Below are positions 16,463 to 25,122 of a stretch of DNA of 64,000 bases, in pieces. Under the pieces are notes generated by a model that did not search any database, had not been told where the DNA came from, and saw nothing but the letters and a program-made list of their open reading frames with translations. The stretch comes from Patescibacteria group bacterium (lineage in GTDB: Bacteria; Patescibacteriota; Patescibacteriia; UBA9934; GWF2-40-263): assembly GCA_004297215.1 (NCBI GenBank), contig SCUM01000001.1, positions 400-64,399 on the forward strand, written 5' to 3'. A program made the position numbers and the translations under genes. Each line of letters begins with the position of its first letter. Position 1 is the first letter of the stretch.

Positions 16463-18203
16463 TGTCACGGCGGGAATCCTCATCGGCCAGCCTGTGTTTG
16501 CGGCCGTTCCCAATGATCCGCTCATCGAGCAGCAGTGGTACTTGGGGAAGATCAAGGCGTTCGACGCCTGGGATACGGCCACCGGATCCGCCAACGTCGT
16601 CGTGGCCGTGCTGGATACCGGACTCGATCTCGATCACCCGGACGTTGCGGGAAACCTCTGGACCAATCCGGGGGAGATTCCCGGCGACGGGTTGGACAAC
16701 GACCAGAACGGGCATGTCGACGACCTGCACGGATGGGATTTCGTGGATGACGACGCCCTGCCCGATCCCTCACCGGCGCCGGGCGACGAGGCGGAAGCCA
16801 CGATCCACGGCACGGCGATCGCCGGGGTGATCGGGGCGATCGGGAATAACGGGACGGGAGTTTCCGGAGTGAACTGGCAGGTGCGCCTCATGCCGCTGCG
16901 CATCCTCGATCGGGAGGGTTCCGGGAATTCGGCGGATGCCACGGCCGCCATCCGCTATGCGATGCGCAGCGGGGCGTCGGTCATCAACTTGAGCTTTACC
17001 GGGGCCGAGGTGGACGGCGTGTTCCGCCAGACGATCAAGGACGCCTACGACGCGGGCGTGGTGGTGGTGGCGGCGGTGGGCAACAAGACGCTCGGCGGGA
17101 CGGACCTGAACCAGGCGCCGTTGTACCCGGTGTGTTTCGAGCAAACCGACGGGGGAGATTCCGTGCTCGGGGTGGCGGCGACCACGCCGCAGGACACCAA
17201 GGCCGGGTTTTCGAATTACGGGTCCTCATGCACCGACATCGCGGCCCCCGGCATCGACATCTTCAACGTGTCCTATCAGGCCGTGGGCACGGACGGGTTC
17301 GCGGAGCCGTATCGCGGCGGCTGGAACGGCACGTCCATCGCGGCGCCCATCATTTCCGGGGCCGTCGCGCTCCTCAAGGGCGCCTTTCCGAATCTCGGCC
17401 CGGCCGACCTGAAGACGGTCCTCCAGTTGTCCGTGGACCCGGTCGACACTGGCGCTCTCCCGCGCGGGGCGCTCGGGGCCGGGCGCGTGAACCTTGCGCG
17501 CGCCCTGGAAGTGGGGAAGGCGGTGTCCGCGGCCAAGGCGCCAGGGACCGCCGCGCCGATCCCGTCCGTGCCTCCCGTCCCTGTGCCGGCGAACGTGATC
17601 GCGCTGCGCGCCACGCGCGTGGTGGTGGCCGCCGGACGCGGTTTTGCCCCGCGCGTGAGCGTGTACGACGGGGAGGGGAAGCGCCTGGCCTCGTTCCTCG
17701 CGTATGCCGAGGGGTTCCTGGGCGGGGTGCAGGCGGCCGTGGGCGACCTCGACCTCGACGGGACCGACGAGATCGTGACCGTGCCCGGAGCCGGCGGCGG
17801 CCCGCACGTGCGCGTGTTCACGCTCGACGGGACGCTCCGCGGCCAGTTCTTCGCTTTCGACGCCGCCGACAGGCACGGGCTTGAGCTGTCCGTCGCGGAC
17901 ACGGACCGCGACGGGCGCGTCGAGATCGTCACGCGCGCGCTCACGGGAGGCCCCTCCGGCATCCGCGCGTTCCGCCTGGACGGGACGCGTCTCGTCGACC
18001 CGGCCTCCTTTGTGGTGCCGGCGTCCCCGCTTACCACCCCCTTCGGCGCCTTCGGTCGCGCGGACTCGACGCTCGCAAGCCTCCTCGCCGACCCCTCCGG
18101 CACGCGCCTTCGGCTCACCGACCGCGCCGGGACGGATCTCGGCGGGTTCGCGCTGCTCGCGCAGGATCGCCCAGCACGTTCGATGGCGGTTTCGTCGCGA
18201 TGA
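16440..18203 (+). CDS. Secreted subtilisin-like serine protease (S8) with C-terminal FG-GAP/VCBS-like repeats
   Basis: Signal peptide. Catalytic Asp (VAVLDTGLDLDHPD), His (HGTAIAGVIG) and Ser (GTSIAAPIISGAVALL). C-terminal DLDLDGTDEIV / DTDRDGRVEIV repeats. Confidence 0.8.
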   Translation: MRRLLFFLVTAGILIGQPVFAAVPNDPLIEQQWYLGKIKAFDAWDTATGSANVVVAVLDTGLDLDHPDVAGNLWTNPGEIPGDGLDNDQNGHVDDLHGWDFVDDDALPDPSPAPGDEAEATIHGTAIAGVIGAIGNNGTGVSGVNWQVRLMPLRILDREGSGNSADATAAIRYAMRSGASVINLSFTGAEVDGVFRQTIKDAYDAGVVVVAAVGNKTLGGTDLNQAPLYPVCFEQTDGGDSVLGVAATTPQDTKAGFSNYGSSCTDIAAPGIDIFNVSYQAVGTDGFAEPYRGGWNGTSIAAPIISGAVALLKGAFPNLGPADLKTVLQLSVDPVDTGALPRGALGAGRVNLARALEVGKAVSAAKAPGTAAPIPSVPPVPVPANVIALRATRVVVAAGRGFAPRVSVYDGEGKRLASFLAYAEGFLGGVQAAVGDLDLDGTDEIVTVPGAGGGPHVRVFTLDGTLRGQFFAFDAADRHGLELSVADTDRDGRVEIVTRALTGGPSGIRAFRLDGTRLVDPASFVVPASPLTTPFGAFGRADSTLASLLADPSGTRLRLTDRAGTDLGGFALLAQDRPARSMAVSSR

Positions 18204-18204
18204 G

Positions 18205-18320
18205 GATGGAGAATGTAGGATGAAGGATGTAGAATGTAGACTGAAGACTGTAGGATGAAGGATGTAGGATGTAGAATTTTCAATAAACTATCCTACAGTC
18301 TACATCCTTCATCCTACATT
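18205..18320. repeat. Palindromic intergenic element of the GATGTAGGATGAAGG family
   Basis: atgtaggatgaaggatgtaga...tgtagga pairs with tcctacagtctacatccttcatcctacat. AT-rich loop. It ends 8 nt before the next ATG. Confidence 0.6.
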
Positions 18321-18327
18321 TCGCTCT

Positions 18328-19344
18328 ATGCCCACCAATCCCACGTTTGAAAAGAAGAACATCCTGGTGACCGGCGGGGCCGGGTTCATCGGGAGCCACC
18401 TGTGCGAACGCTTGCTCAAGGACGGCAATCGCGTGGTGTGCATCGACAATTTCGCGACGAGCAGCGTGCGCAACATCGACAACCTGCTCCCGAACCCGGA
18501 TTTCCAGTTCTTGCGCCTGGACGTGAACCAGCCGTTCGACCTCGAGACGTACGCCGAGCTGTCGGCGTTCAAGCTGCCGTTCCAGGGGATCCAGGAGGTG
18601 TATCACCTGGCGTGTCCCACCTCAATCAAGCAGTTCGACAAGTTCCGCATCGACACGCTCCGGTGCAACGGGGTGGGCAACGAGCATGCGCTCGAGCTCG
18701 CCCGCAAGTACAAGGCCAAGGTGCTGCTCACGGGCAGCTCCGTGGTGTACGGCACCCGCCGCGGCGACCGCATCTTCGTGGAAGAGGGCGACACCGGGAC
18801 CATCGACCAGCTTTCCCCGCGCGCCTGCTATGACGAAGGCCGCCGGTTTTCGGAAACGATGTTCTCCACCTACCGCGCCGTGTACGGCCTCGACACGCGC
18901 ATCGCCCGCGTGTTCCGCACGTTCGGCCCGCGCATGCCGCTCAACGACGGCCATCTCATCCCGGATTTCATCATGAGCGCGCTCGAGGGCAAGGACCTGG
19001 TGGTGTACGGGAAAGGGCAGTTCCGCACCTCCTTCGCCTACGTGCTCGACGTGGTGGACGGGCTGGTGCGCCTCATGAACGCGCCCAAGGACCCGGGACC
19101 GGTGAACATCGGCTCCGACGTGGACATGCCCATCATGCAGGTGGCGGAGATGGTGGTGAAGATGACGCGCTCCGCGTCCAAGATCACGCTGGGCGAAGAC
19201 CTGCTGTTCCTCTCGGAGCTCCCGCTGCCGCGCATCAACAAGGCGCGCGAATTGGGCTGGCTCCCACTCATGCGCTTTGAGGACGGCCTCTCGAAGACCG
19301 TCGAATACATGACCGCCAATCGGTTGCTTTTGTCGGCGATGTGA
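18328..19344 (+). CDS. Extended-SDR NAD-dependent epimerase/dehydratase (UDP-glucuronate decarboxylase/UXS-like) with atypical catalytic residues
   Basis: ILVTGGAGFIGSHLCERL and YHLACPTS are UXS-like. The catalytic YxxxK is instead CYDEGRRFSET (Lys to Arg), and the T-S-E of STSEVYG is TGSSVVYG. Confidence 0.7.
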   Translation: MPTNPTFEKKNILVTGGAGFIGSHLCERLLKDGNRVVCIDNFATSSVRNIDNLLPNPDFQFLRLDVNQPFDLETYAELSAFKLPFQGIQEVYHLACPTSIKQFDKFRIDTLRCNGVGNEHALELARKYKAKVLLTGSSVVYGTRRGDRIFVEEGDTGTIDQLSPRACYDEGRRFSETMFSTYRAVYGLDTRIARVFRTFGPRMPLNDGHLIPDFIMSALEGKDLVVYGKGQFRTSFAYVLDVVDGLVRLMNAPKDPGPVNIGSDVDMPIMQVAEMVVKMTRSASKITLGEDLLFLSELPLPRINKARELGWLPLMRFEDGLSKTVEYMTANRLLLSAM

Positions 19345-19365
19345 GGTAAAGGAAGGCTGTGCGGC

Positions 19366-19421
19366 CGCAGGCGACAAGGCCTCAAGGGAACATCCTCATG
19401 CCTTCACGCCTGCGGCCTTCA
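19366..19421 (+). repeat. GGCCT-family repeat module ending at the GT2 start codon
   Basis: aggcgacaaggcctcaagggaacatcctcatgccttcacgcctgcggccttca. Confidence 0.65.
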
Positions 19422-20108
19422 ATGCCTATGAAGGTGATCGCGGTCATCCCGGCTTATAATGAAGCGGCTCGTCTCGCCCCGGTGCTTTCACGCGTGAAGG
19501 GGCTTGTCGACGAGGTGGTGGTGGTAGACGACGGATCTTCCGACGACACGTTCGAGGCGGCCAAGACCGCCGGCGTCGTGGCGCTCCGGCATGCCATCAA
19601 TCGCGGACAGGGCGCCGCGCTCAAGACCGGCACGATCTCCGCGCTGTCGCGCGGCGCCGACGTGATCGTGCACGTGGACGGCGACGGCCAGCACGACCCG
19701 GAAGGCATTACGGCGCTCGCGCTCCCCATCGTGCGCGGGGAGGCCGACGTGGTGTACGGCTCGCGATTCCTGGGCATCGCCTCGGAAGGGATGCCCGCGT
19801 CGCGTCGAGCGCTGCTCCTTGCGGGCCGCGTGTTCAGCGCCTTCGCGCTGGGGATCCCGCGCACGTTCACCGATCCGCAGAGCGGGCTGCGCGCCATGAG
19901 TGCCGAGGCGGCGCGGCGCGTGACCTTCACCCAGGACCGCAAGGCGCATTGCTCGGAGCTGCTGCGCGCCGTGTCGCGCTCCGGCCTGCGCGTGATCGAG
20001 GTGCCGACGCGCATCACCTATACGCGAGAGACGCTCGCGAAAGGGAACAAGACCGTCGACGCCTTCCATATCGCCTGGCAGCTGCTGCTCGGAGCATTCC
20101 AAAAGTAA
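19422..20108 (+). CDS. Glycosyltransferase family 2 (dolichyl/polyprenyl-phosphate sugar synthase-like)
   Basis: MKVIAVIPAYNEA...VVVVDDGSSDDT...VDGDGQHDP (DxD motif). Confidence 0.75.
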   Translation: MPMKVIAVIPAYNEAARLAPVLSRVKGLVDEVVVVDDGSSDDTFEAAKTAGVVALRHAINRGQGAALKTGTISALSRGADVIVHVDGDGQHDPEGITALALPIVRGEADVVYGSRFLGIASEGMPASRRALLLAGRVFSAFALGIPRTFTDPQSGLRAMSAEAARRVTFTQDRKAHCSELLRAVSRSGLRVIEVPTRITYTRETLAKGNKTVDAFHIAWQLLLGAFQK

Positions 20109-20117
20109 GACGCGAAT

Positions 20118-20480
20118 ATGCTCGTCATCCAAGTCATCCTTGCCGCGACGCTCCTTGCCGCGCTGGCTCTCACCTGGCGGCGCGCCAGGCAAGGCGCCTT
20201 GAGCCGCCGCGCGGCGATCGTCTGGAGCCTCGTTTGGCTTGGCGCCGCCGTCGTCGTGCTGCGCCCGGAGGTCGCCGACCTGTTCGCGAACGTCGTGGGC
20301 GTGGGTCGCGGGTCGGACGCGGTGCTCTACGTGTCCGTGGTGGCGCTCGCGTACCTCATGTTCCGCCTCTTCCTCCGGTTCGACCGCCTAGAGCGGGATA
20401 TCACGAAATTGGTGAGGAGGATCGCGCTGGATGAGGCGACAAGGCCTCAGGCGGACAAGGCCTCAGGGGAAAATCCTTAA
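20118..20480 (+). CDS. Small membrane protein (DUF2304-like GT2 partner)
   Basis: Two or three TM helices, about 120 aa, typical partner of DPM-synthase-like GT2 genes. The C-terminal tail DEATRPQADKASGENP is encoded by the GGCCT repeat. Confidence 0.5.
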   Translation: MLVIQVILAATLLAALALTWRRARQGALSRRAAIVWSLVWLGAAVVVLRPEVADLFANVVGVGRGSDAVLYVSVVALAYLMFRLFLRFDRLERDITKLVRRIALDEATRPQADKASGENP

Positions 20481-20502
20481 CGCCTTCACGCCTGCGGCCT
20501 TC
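20433..20502 (+). repeat. GGCCT-family repeat module (gaggcgacaaggcctcaggcggacaaggcctcaggggaaaatccttaacgccttcacgcctgcggccttc)
   Basis: It overlaps the 3' end of the upstream CDS and ends at the ATG (20503). About 85% identical to the copy at 21615-21686. Confidence 0.7.
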
Positions 20503-21606
20503 ATGCCCCCCAAGATCGCCGTCATCTACCTTTCTTACAACAGCCTCCCGTACCTTCCGGAGGTCGTTTCATCCTGGGAGAAGCTCGATTACCCGCGCGA
20601 GGCGCTTGAGATCGTGATCGTGGACAACGCGAGCGCCGACGGGAGCGCACAGTGGATCCGCGACCACGTGCTTCCCAAGTCCAACAGCGTGCTCCCGCGC
20701 GTCACGTTTTTCCCGTCGGGAGTGAACCTGGGGTTCGCGGGAGGGAACAACCTCGGCATCGACCACGCACTGCTCGAAGGCGCCGACTACGCGTATCTGC
20801 AGAACAACGATGCCAAACTCGACTCTGGCTGCATCCGCGAGGCCGTGGCGCTTGCGCAGTCCGACGAGAACATCGGTTCCGTCCAGTCGTTCATGCGCCT
20901 GTGGCAGGATCCCGAAGTGGTGAACTCCACCGGAGGCATGGTGCATTTCCTCGGGTTCGGGTTCGTGCGCGACAACGGCCGTTACGCGAAGGACGTGACG
21001 GCGACGGACCCATCGACTTCGCTCAGGGTAGACGGCGAAGAGATCGCCTACGGCAGCGGCGCGGCCACGCTCTACCGCGCCACGGCGCTCAAGGCCGCCG
21101 GGCTGCTCGACGACCATCTGTTCCTGTATCACGAGGATCTCGAGCTCGGTTGGCGCCTCCGGCTCGCCGGGTTCCGCAACGTCCTGTCGATGAAGTCGGT
21201 GGCGTTCCATAGGTACGAATTCTCGCGCAGCGTGCAGAAGCTCTACTGGATGGAGCGCAATCGTTGGTTGGTCCATCTTTCGCACCTGAAGGCTGCGTCG
21301 CTCGCGCTCATCGCGCCGTTCATGCTCGTTGAGGAGCTGGCGCTCGCGGCGTTCGCGATCCATGGAGGGTGGTTTTCGCAAAAGCTCAAGGCGTGGGGCG
21401 CCGCGTTCGACCCGCGCACCTGGGCCTACGTCTCGCGCAAGCGCAAGGAGTCGCGCACGATCCGCAAGGTCACGGACGCCGAGATCGTGCGCCTGTGGAC
21501 GGGCAGGATCGAGCACCAGGCGACGAGCAACCCGATCGTGGAGAAGGTGGCGAATCCGGTGTTGGATGCAATATGGAGGGTCGTGAGGAAATGCATTGTG
21601 TGGTGA
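20503..21606 (+). CDS. Glycosyltransferase family 2 (rhamnosyltransferase/WbbL-like)
   Basis: IAVIYLSYNSLPYLPE...IVIVDNASADGS...YHEDLELGWR. Confidence 0.75.
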   Translation: MPPKIAVIYLSYNSLPYLPEVVSSWEKLDYPREALEIVIVDNASADGSAQWIRDHVLPKSNSVLPRVTFFPSGVNLGFAGGNNLGIDHALLEGADYAYLQNNDAKLDSGCIREAVALAQSDENIGSVQSFMRLWQDPEVVNSTGGMVHFLGFGFVRDNGRYAKDVTATDPSTSLRVDGEEIAYGSGAATLYRATALKAAGLLDDHLFLYHEDLELGWRLRLAGFRNVLSMKSVAFHRYEFSRSVQKLYWMERNRWLVHLSHLKAASLALIAPFMLVEELALAAFAIHGGWFSQKLKAWGAAFDPRTWAYVSRKRKESRTIRKVTDAEIVRLWTGRIEHQATSNPIVEKVANPVLDAIWRVVRKCIVW

Positions 21607-21614
21607 AATAGGGA

Positions 21615-21686
21615 AGAAGGCCTCAGGCGGACAAGGCTTCAGGGGAACATCCTTAACGCCCTTACGCCTGAGGCATTATCGCCTTC
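21615..21686 (+). repeat. GGCCT-family repeat module
   Basis: gaaggcctcaggcggacaaggcttcaggggaacatccttaacgcccttacgcctgaggcattatcgcc; it ends 4 nt before the ATG at 21691. Confidence 0.7.
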
Positions 21687-21690
21687 CAGT

Positions 21691-22815
21691 ATGAAAATCG
21701 CCCAGGTCGTCTCGACGTACCCGCCCTATCGCGGCGGCATGGGGCGCGTCGCCCATGAGTATACCGAGCGTTTGCGCGCCCGGGGCGAGAACGTGCACGT
21801 GTTCACGCCGCGCACGCGCAAGGTGATGAGCGACCCCGAGTACGTGCACCGCGTGCCCTCGCCGCTCACAATCGGCAACGGGAGCGTGATGCCGTCGCTG
21901 TACCAGCGCCTCAAGGGGTTCGACCTGGTGCACCTGCACTACCCGTTCTTCGGCGGGGCCGAGCCGGTGATCGTGCGCAAGGCGATCCGAAGCGACCAGA
22001 AGCTGGTGGTCACCTATCACATGGACGCGGTCGCCGACGGGATCCGCGGCGCCATCTTCCGCGCGCACCGCCGGCTCCTGTTCCCCTGGCTCATCTCCCG
22101 CGCGGACCGCATCCTCGTGTCGAGCCGCGAGTACGCGCTGACCTCCGCGCTCGCCGACGTGCCCGGCTGCCTCGACCGCTTGGAAGTGCATCCGTTCGGG
22201 GTGGATCTCGAGCGGTTTCATCCAGGCGACGAGCCGGAGATGCGCACGCGTCTTGCCCTCGACCCGTCCGTCCCGACGATCCTGTTCGTGGGGGGGCTCG
22301 ACGCCGCGCACCACTTTAAGGGGCTCCCCGTGCTGCTTGCCGCGCTCGAACGCGTGGCCGGCCACCCGTGGACCTGTCTCGTCGTAGGCGACGGCGACCT
22401 GCGGCCGAGCCTGCAAGCCACCGTAGAGGCTGGCGCGCTTGCCGGACGCGTGCGATTCCTCGGGAGCGTGAGCGAGGAAGACCTGCCGCGCATCTACCGC
22501 CTCGCGGACGTCCATGCGTTCCCGTCAACCGAGCGTGCCGAAGCGTTCGGACTCGTCGCGCTCGAGGCATCCGCGAGCGGCGTGCCGACCGTCGCGAGCG
22601 ACCTGCCCGGCGTGCGCACGGTGGTGCTCGACGGGGCTACCGGCCTGCTCGTCCCGCCCGGGGACGCGACAAAACTCGCCGATGCGCTCAAGCTGCTCCT
22701 TGAGCGGACCGACTTGCGCGAGCGCCTGGGAGAAAGCGCCCGCAAGCGCGCCGAGGCCGAATTCGCCTGGGAGCCGCTCATCTCGAGATTGCAGGAAACG
22801 TATAAAAGCTTTTAA
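21691..22815 (+). CDS. Glycosyltransferase family 4
   Basis: MKIAQVVSTYPPYRGGMGRVAHEY...ERAEAFGLVALEASASGVPTVASDLPG. Confidence 0.8.
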   Translation: MKIAQVVSTYPPYRGGMGRVAHEYTERLRARGENVHVFTPRTRKVMSDPEYVHRVPSPLTIGNGSVMPSLYQRLKGFDLVHLHYPFFGGAEPVIVRKAIRSDQKLVVTYHMDAVADGIRGAIFRAHRRLLFPWLISRADRILVSSREYALTSALADVPGCLDRLEVHPFGVDLERFHPGDEPEMRTRLALDPSVPTILFVGGLDAAHHFKGLPVLLAALERVAGHPWTCLVVGDGDLRPSLQATVEAGALAGRVRFLGSVSEEDLPRIYRLADVHAFPSTERAEAFGLVALEASASGVPTVASDLPGVRTVVLDGATGLLVPPGDATKLADALKLLLERTDLRERLGESARKRAEAEFAWEPLISRLQETYKSF

Positions 22816-22816
22816 G

Positions 22817-22900
22817 TAGGCGTAAAGGCCTGAGGCGATAAGGCTTCAGGGGACAAGGCCCCAGCAGCTGAGGCCTTCACGCCTAAGGCCTTCACGCCTT
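22817..22900 (+). repeat. GGCCT-family repeat module with three aggcc/ggcct sub-units
   Basis: taggcgtaaaggcctgaggcgataaggcttcaggggacaaggcc...gaggccttcacgcctaaggccttcacgcctt; it ends 3 nt before the ATG at 22904. Confidence 0.7.
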
Positions 22901-22903
22901 CAT

Positions 22904-24115
22904 ATGCGCCTCCTCATCATCTCCAACCTCTATCCTCCCATCCAGCGCGGCGGGGCCGAGCAGGTGGCTTCGCGCATCACGAGCGAGCTGTTCGTGCGCG
23001 GCCACGAGGTGAGCGTGCTTTCCACGATGCCGTACGCGGGGATGGGTTCGCTGCGGTCGCGGGTGACGGAAACCGACCTTGAGCCCATCGAGCGCTTCTA
23101 CCCGCTCAACTTCTACCACACGCTCAACGACCACCGGTACCCGGCGCCCGTGCGCGCGGCCTGGCACATGGTGGACCTGTGGAGCCCGATCCCAAGGCGC
23201 GTCACCCTCGACGTGATCCATCGTCGCGCCCCGGAAGCGGTGCTCACGCACAACCTCAAGGGGATCGGGCTTCAGGTCGCCGCCGCGATCCGCGCCTCCG
23301 GCATCCCGCACGTGCACACCCTCCACGACGTGCAGCTTTCGATTCCCAGCGGCCTGCTCATCGCCGGGGAAGAGCGCGGGCCGTTCAACTCCACCCCGCT
23401 GCGCCTCATGTACGAGGCGGCCACGGGCCGGGCCGTGGGCTCGCCGCACGTCGTCATCTCTCCCTCCCGTTTTCTCGCGGACTTCTACCGCGAGCGCGGG
23501 TTCTTCCCCAAGAGCCGCATCGAGGTGATGCCCAATCCGGCGCCGGACATGGGCACGCGCCCGCAGACCACGCGCCAGGAAGGGCCGCTGCGCCTCCTCT
23601 ACGTGGGCCAGCTCGAGCCGCACAAGGGGATCCGGTTCCTGCTCGAGTCGCTCGAAGGGCTCGACATTCCGTTCCACCTGCACGTGGCCGGCGAAGGGTC
23701 GCTCGCGGCGTTCGTGTCGGATCGGGCCAAGCATGACAAGCGGATCACCTACCACGGGTTCGTGTCGCAGGAACCGCTCATGAAGCTGCTCGCGCTGTGC
23801 GACGCGACCCTCGTGCCGAGCCTCTGCTACGAGAATTCGCCCACCGTGATTTACGAATCGCTCGCGGTGGGGACCCCGGTGGTAGCCAGCCGCATCGGCG
23901 GGGTGGGGGAGCTCATCCGCGACGGGGAAAACGGGTTCTTGTACGAACCCGGCCAGGCCACGGGCCTACGCGAAGCCCTCACGCGCATGGCCGCCAAGGT
24001 CGGGGATTTCCGTGCCCGGGAGGGGGAGATCCGAAAGGGGATGGATGACTACGCGTTGCCCAAGTACGTGGATCGGTTGGAAAAGCTGATTGGGGAGGTG
24101 AAGGATGTAGGATGA
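22904..24115 (+). CDS. Glycosyltransferase family 4
   Basis: MRLLIISNLYPPIQRGGAEQV...ENSPTVIYESLAVGTPVVASRIGG. The last residues (EVKDVG) and the stop are encoded by the GATGTAGG repeat. Confidence 0.8.
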   Translation: MRLLIISNLYPPIQRGGAEQVASRITSELFVRGHEVSVLSTMPYAGMGSLRSRVTETDLEPIERFYPLNFYHTLNDHRYPAPVRAAWHMVDLWSPIPRRVTLDVIHRRAPEAVLTHNLKGIGLQVAAAIRASGIPHVHTLHDVQLSIPSGLLIAGEERGPFNSTPLRLMYEAATGRAVGSPHVVISPSRFLADFYRERGFFPKSRIEVMPNPAPDMGTRPQTTRQEGPLRLLYVGQLEPHKGIRFLLESLEGLDIPFHLHVAGEGSLAAFVSDRAKHDKRITYHGFVSQEPLMKLLALCDATLVPSLCYENSPTVIYESLAVGTPVVASRIGGVGELIRDGENGFLYEPGQATGLREALTRMAAKVGDFRAREGEIRKGMDDYALPKYVDRLEKLIGEVKDVG

Positions 24116-24210
24116 AGGATGTAGGATGAATGAGGACTCATGAAAGAAACGTCCGGAAACGGGCGCTTTTTATATCCTACATACTTCATTCTTCATCCTA
24201 CATTCCGCTC
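24100..24210. repeat. Palindromic element of the GATGTAGGATGAAGG family with an inner terminator-like hairpin and T-run
   Basis: gaaggatgtaggatgaaggatgtaggatgaatgagg pairs with atcctacatacttcattcttcatcctacat. Inner element cgtccg-gaaa-cgggcg followed by ctttttat. Confidence 0.6.
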
Positions 24211-24239
24211 ACCTTAGCCAAATATTCATTCCCTCCCTC

Positions 24240-24270
24240 TTGACAAAACCCCCAAAATATGGTATTTTCT
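24240..24270 (+). promoter_or_regulatory. Putative promoter TTGACA-17-TATTTT
   Basis: TTGACA at 24240-24245. It is followed by RBS aagagagg and a TTG start at 24354. Confidence 0.4.
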
Positions 24271-24353
24271 GTCCACGCTAAAGCACCGTCGGTGCCTAAC
24301 GCGTACAACCAGTAGCCTCCTCGTGGGGTTATTTTCTAGAAAGAGAGGTTCGC

Positions 24354-25034
24354 TTGAACGCTCAAAACCAACAGATTGCGACCAAGGCCGAGACCAAGCC
24401 CGGCCGCGTCCGGGTCGACGTCCTGGTGAAGATCAACGTCACCAAGGACGAGATCGCCCGGCTCCTCGCGGCATCGTCCGACAAGCAGACGGGCCTCTAC
24501 TGCGACGAGAAGGGCCGCCGCGACCTCATCCTCCTCAACGACCGTCACGCCGAGGAGGCGAAGGCGGTCGGGCTCGAGCCGACGCGCTACGAGCAGGACC
24601 TCATCGAGGGCGGCCGTGACGGGAAGGGGGCGGTGAAGAGGGCGGACAGCGGCGTGAAGGTTTTCGGACAGGATGGCCTGTCCCTCGCCCGCATCGACGC
24701 GTACGTCGCCGACCTCAAGGCGGCGGGCGCCAAGCTGGTGGAGGCGCACATCCAGCGCAAGAAGATCAACAACCCCCAGCAGCGGGGCGTGCTGATCCTC
24801 GGCTACATCAGCGGCAACGCCATCCCCGGAAAGGAGCTCACCGCCGAGCTGCTCGGGGCGGTCGACGCGATGATGAAGCGCACCTACGGCGCGATCCACG
24901 TGTGGAAGAACCCGCCGGGGTCCGCCCACACGGTCAACTGCACCGACGTGGTGGGACGCGACTCGCGCGACGATCGCCGCGCGAAGAACGCGCTGCGCTT
25001 CATCGGCGGCGAGTTCACGAACGAGCGCGCCTAG
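24354..25034 (+). CDS. Hypothetical protein (226 aa), no recognised domain
   Basis: TTG start with a good Shine-Dalgarno sequence. Soluble, Lys/Ala-rich N-terminal half. Bracketed by a promoter and a terminator. Confidence 0.4.
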   Translation: MNAQNQQIATKAETKPGRVRVDVLVKINVTKDEIARLLAASSDKQTGLYCDEKGRRDLILLNDRHAEEAKAVGLEPTRYEQDLIEGGRDGKGAVKRADSGVKVFGQDGLSLARIDAYVADLKAAGAKLVEAHIQRKKINNPQQRGVLILGYISGNAIPGKELTAELLGAVDAMMKRTYGAIHVWKNPPGSAHTVNCTDVVGRDSRDDRRAKNALRFIGGEFTNERA

Positions 25035-25081
25035 CGCAATCGCGGCGTCCCGATCACACGGGATGCCGCCACGACATCAAG

Positions 25082-25122
25082 CCCCGCTTGAGCAACACTT
25101 GCTCGCGGGGTGTTGTTTTTTA
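25082..25122 (+). terminator. Rho-independent terminator (ccccgcttgagcaa-cac-ttgctcgcgggg, then tgttgtttttta)
   Basis: Stem with a 2-nt bulge followed by a T-run. The T-run overlaps the truD stop on the opposite strand. Confidence 0.6.

Noticed and set aside
17276-18283. 335-aa minus-strand ORF inside the subtilase gene and other long GC-driven antisense ORFs (e.g. 52394-54211, 54213-55598, 45902-47278)
   Set aside because: Low-complexity Arg/Ala/Pro-rich translations opposite strongly supported sense-strand genes (subtilase, NrdB, NrdA, histidine kinase).
19366-22900. GGCCT repeats as integron attC (59-be) sites separating gene cassettes
   Set aside because: No integron integrase or attI in the window, no GTTRRRY core sites, and the repeats abut start codons rather than follow cassette stops in the attC manner. 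They are kept as a finding under a more neutral interpretation.
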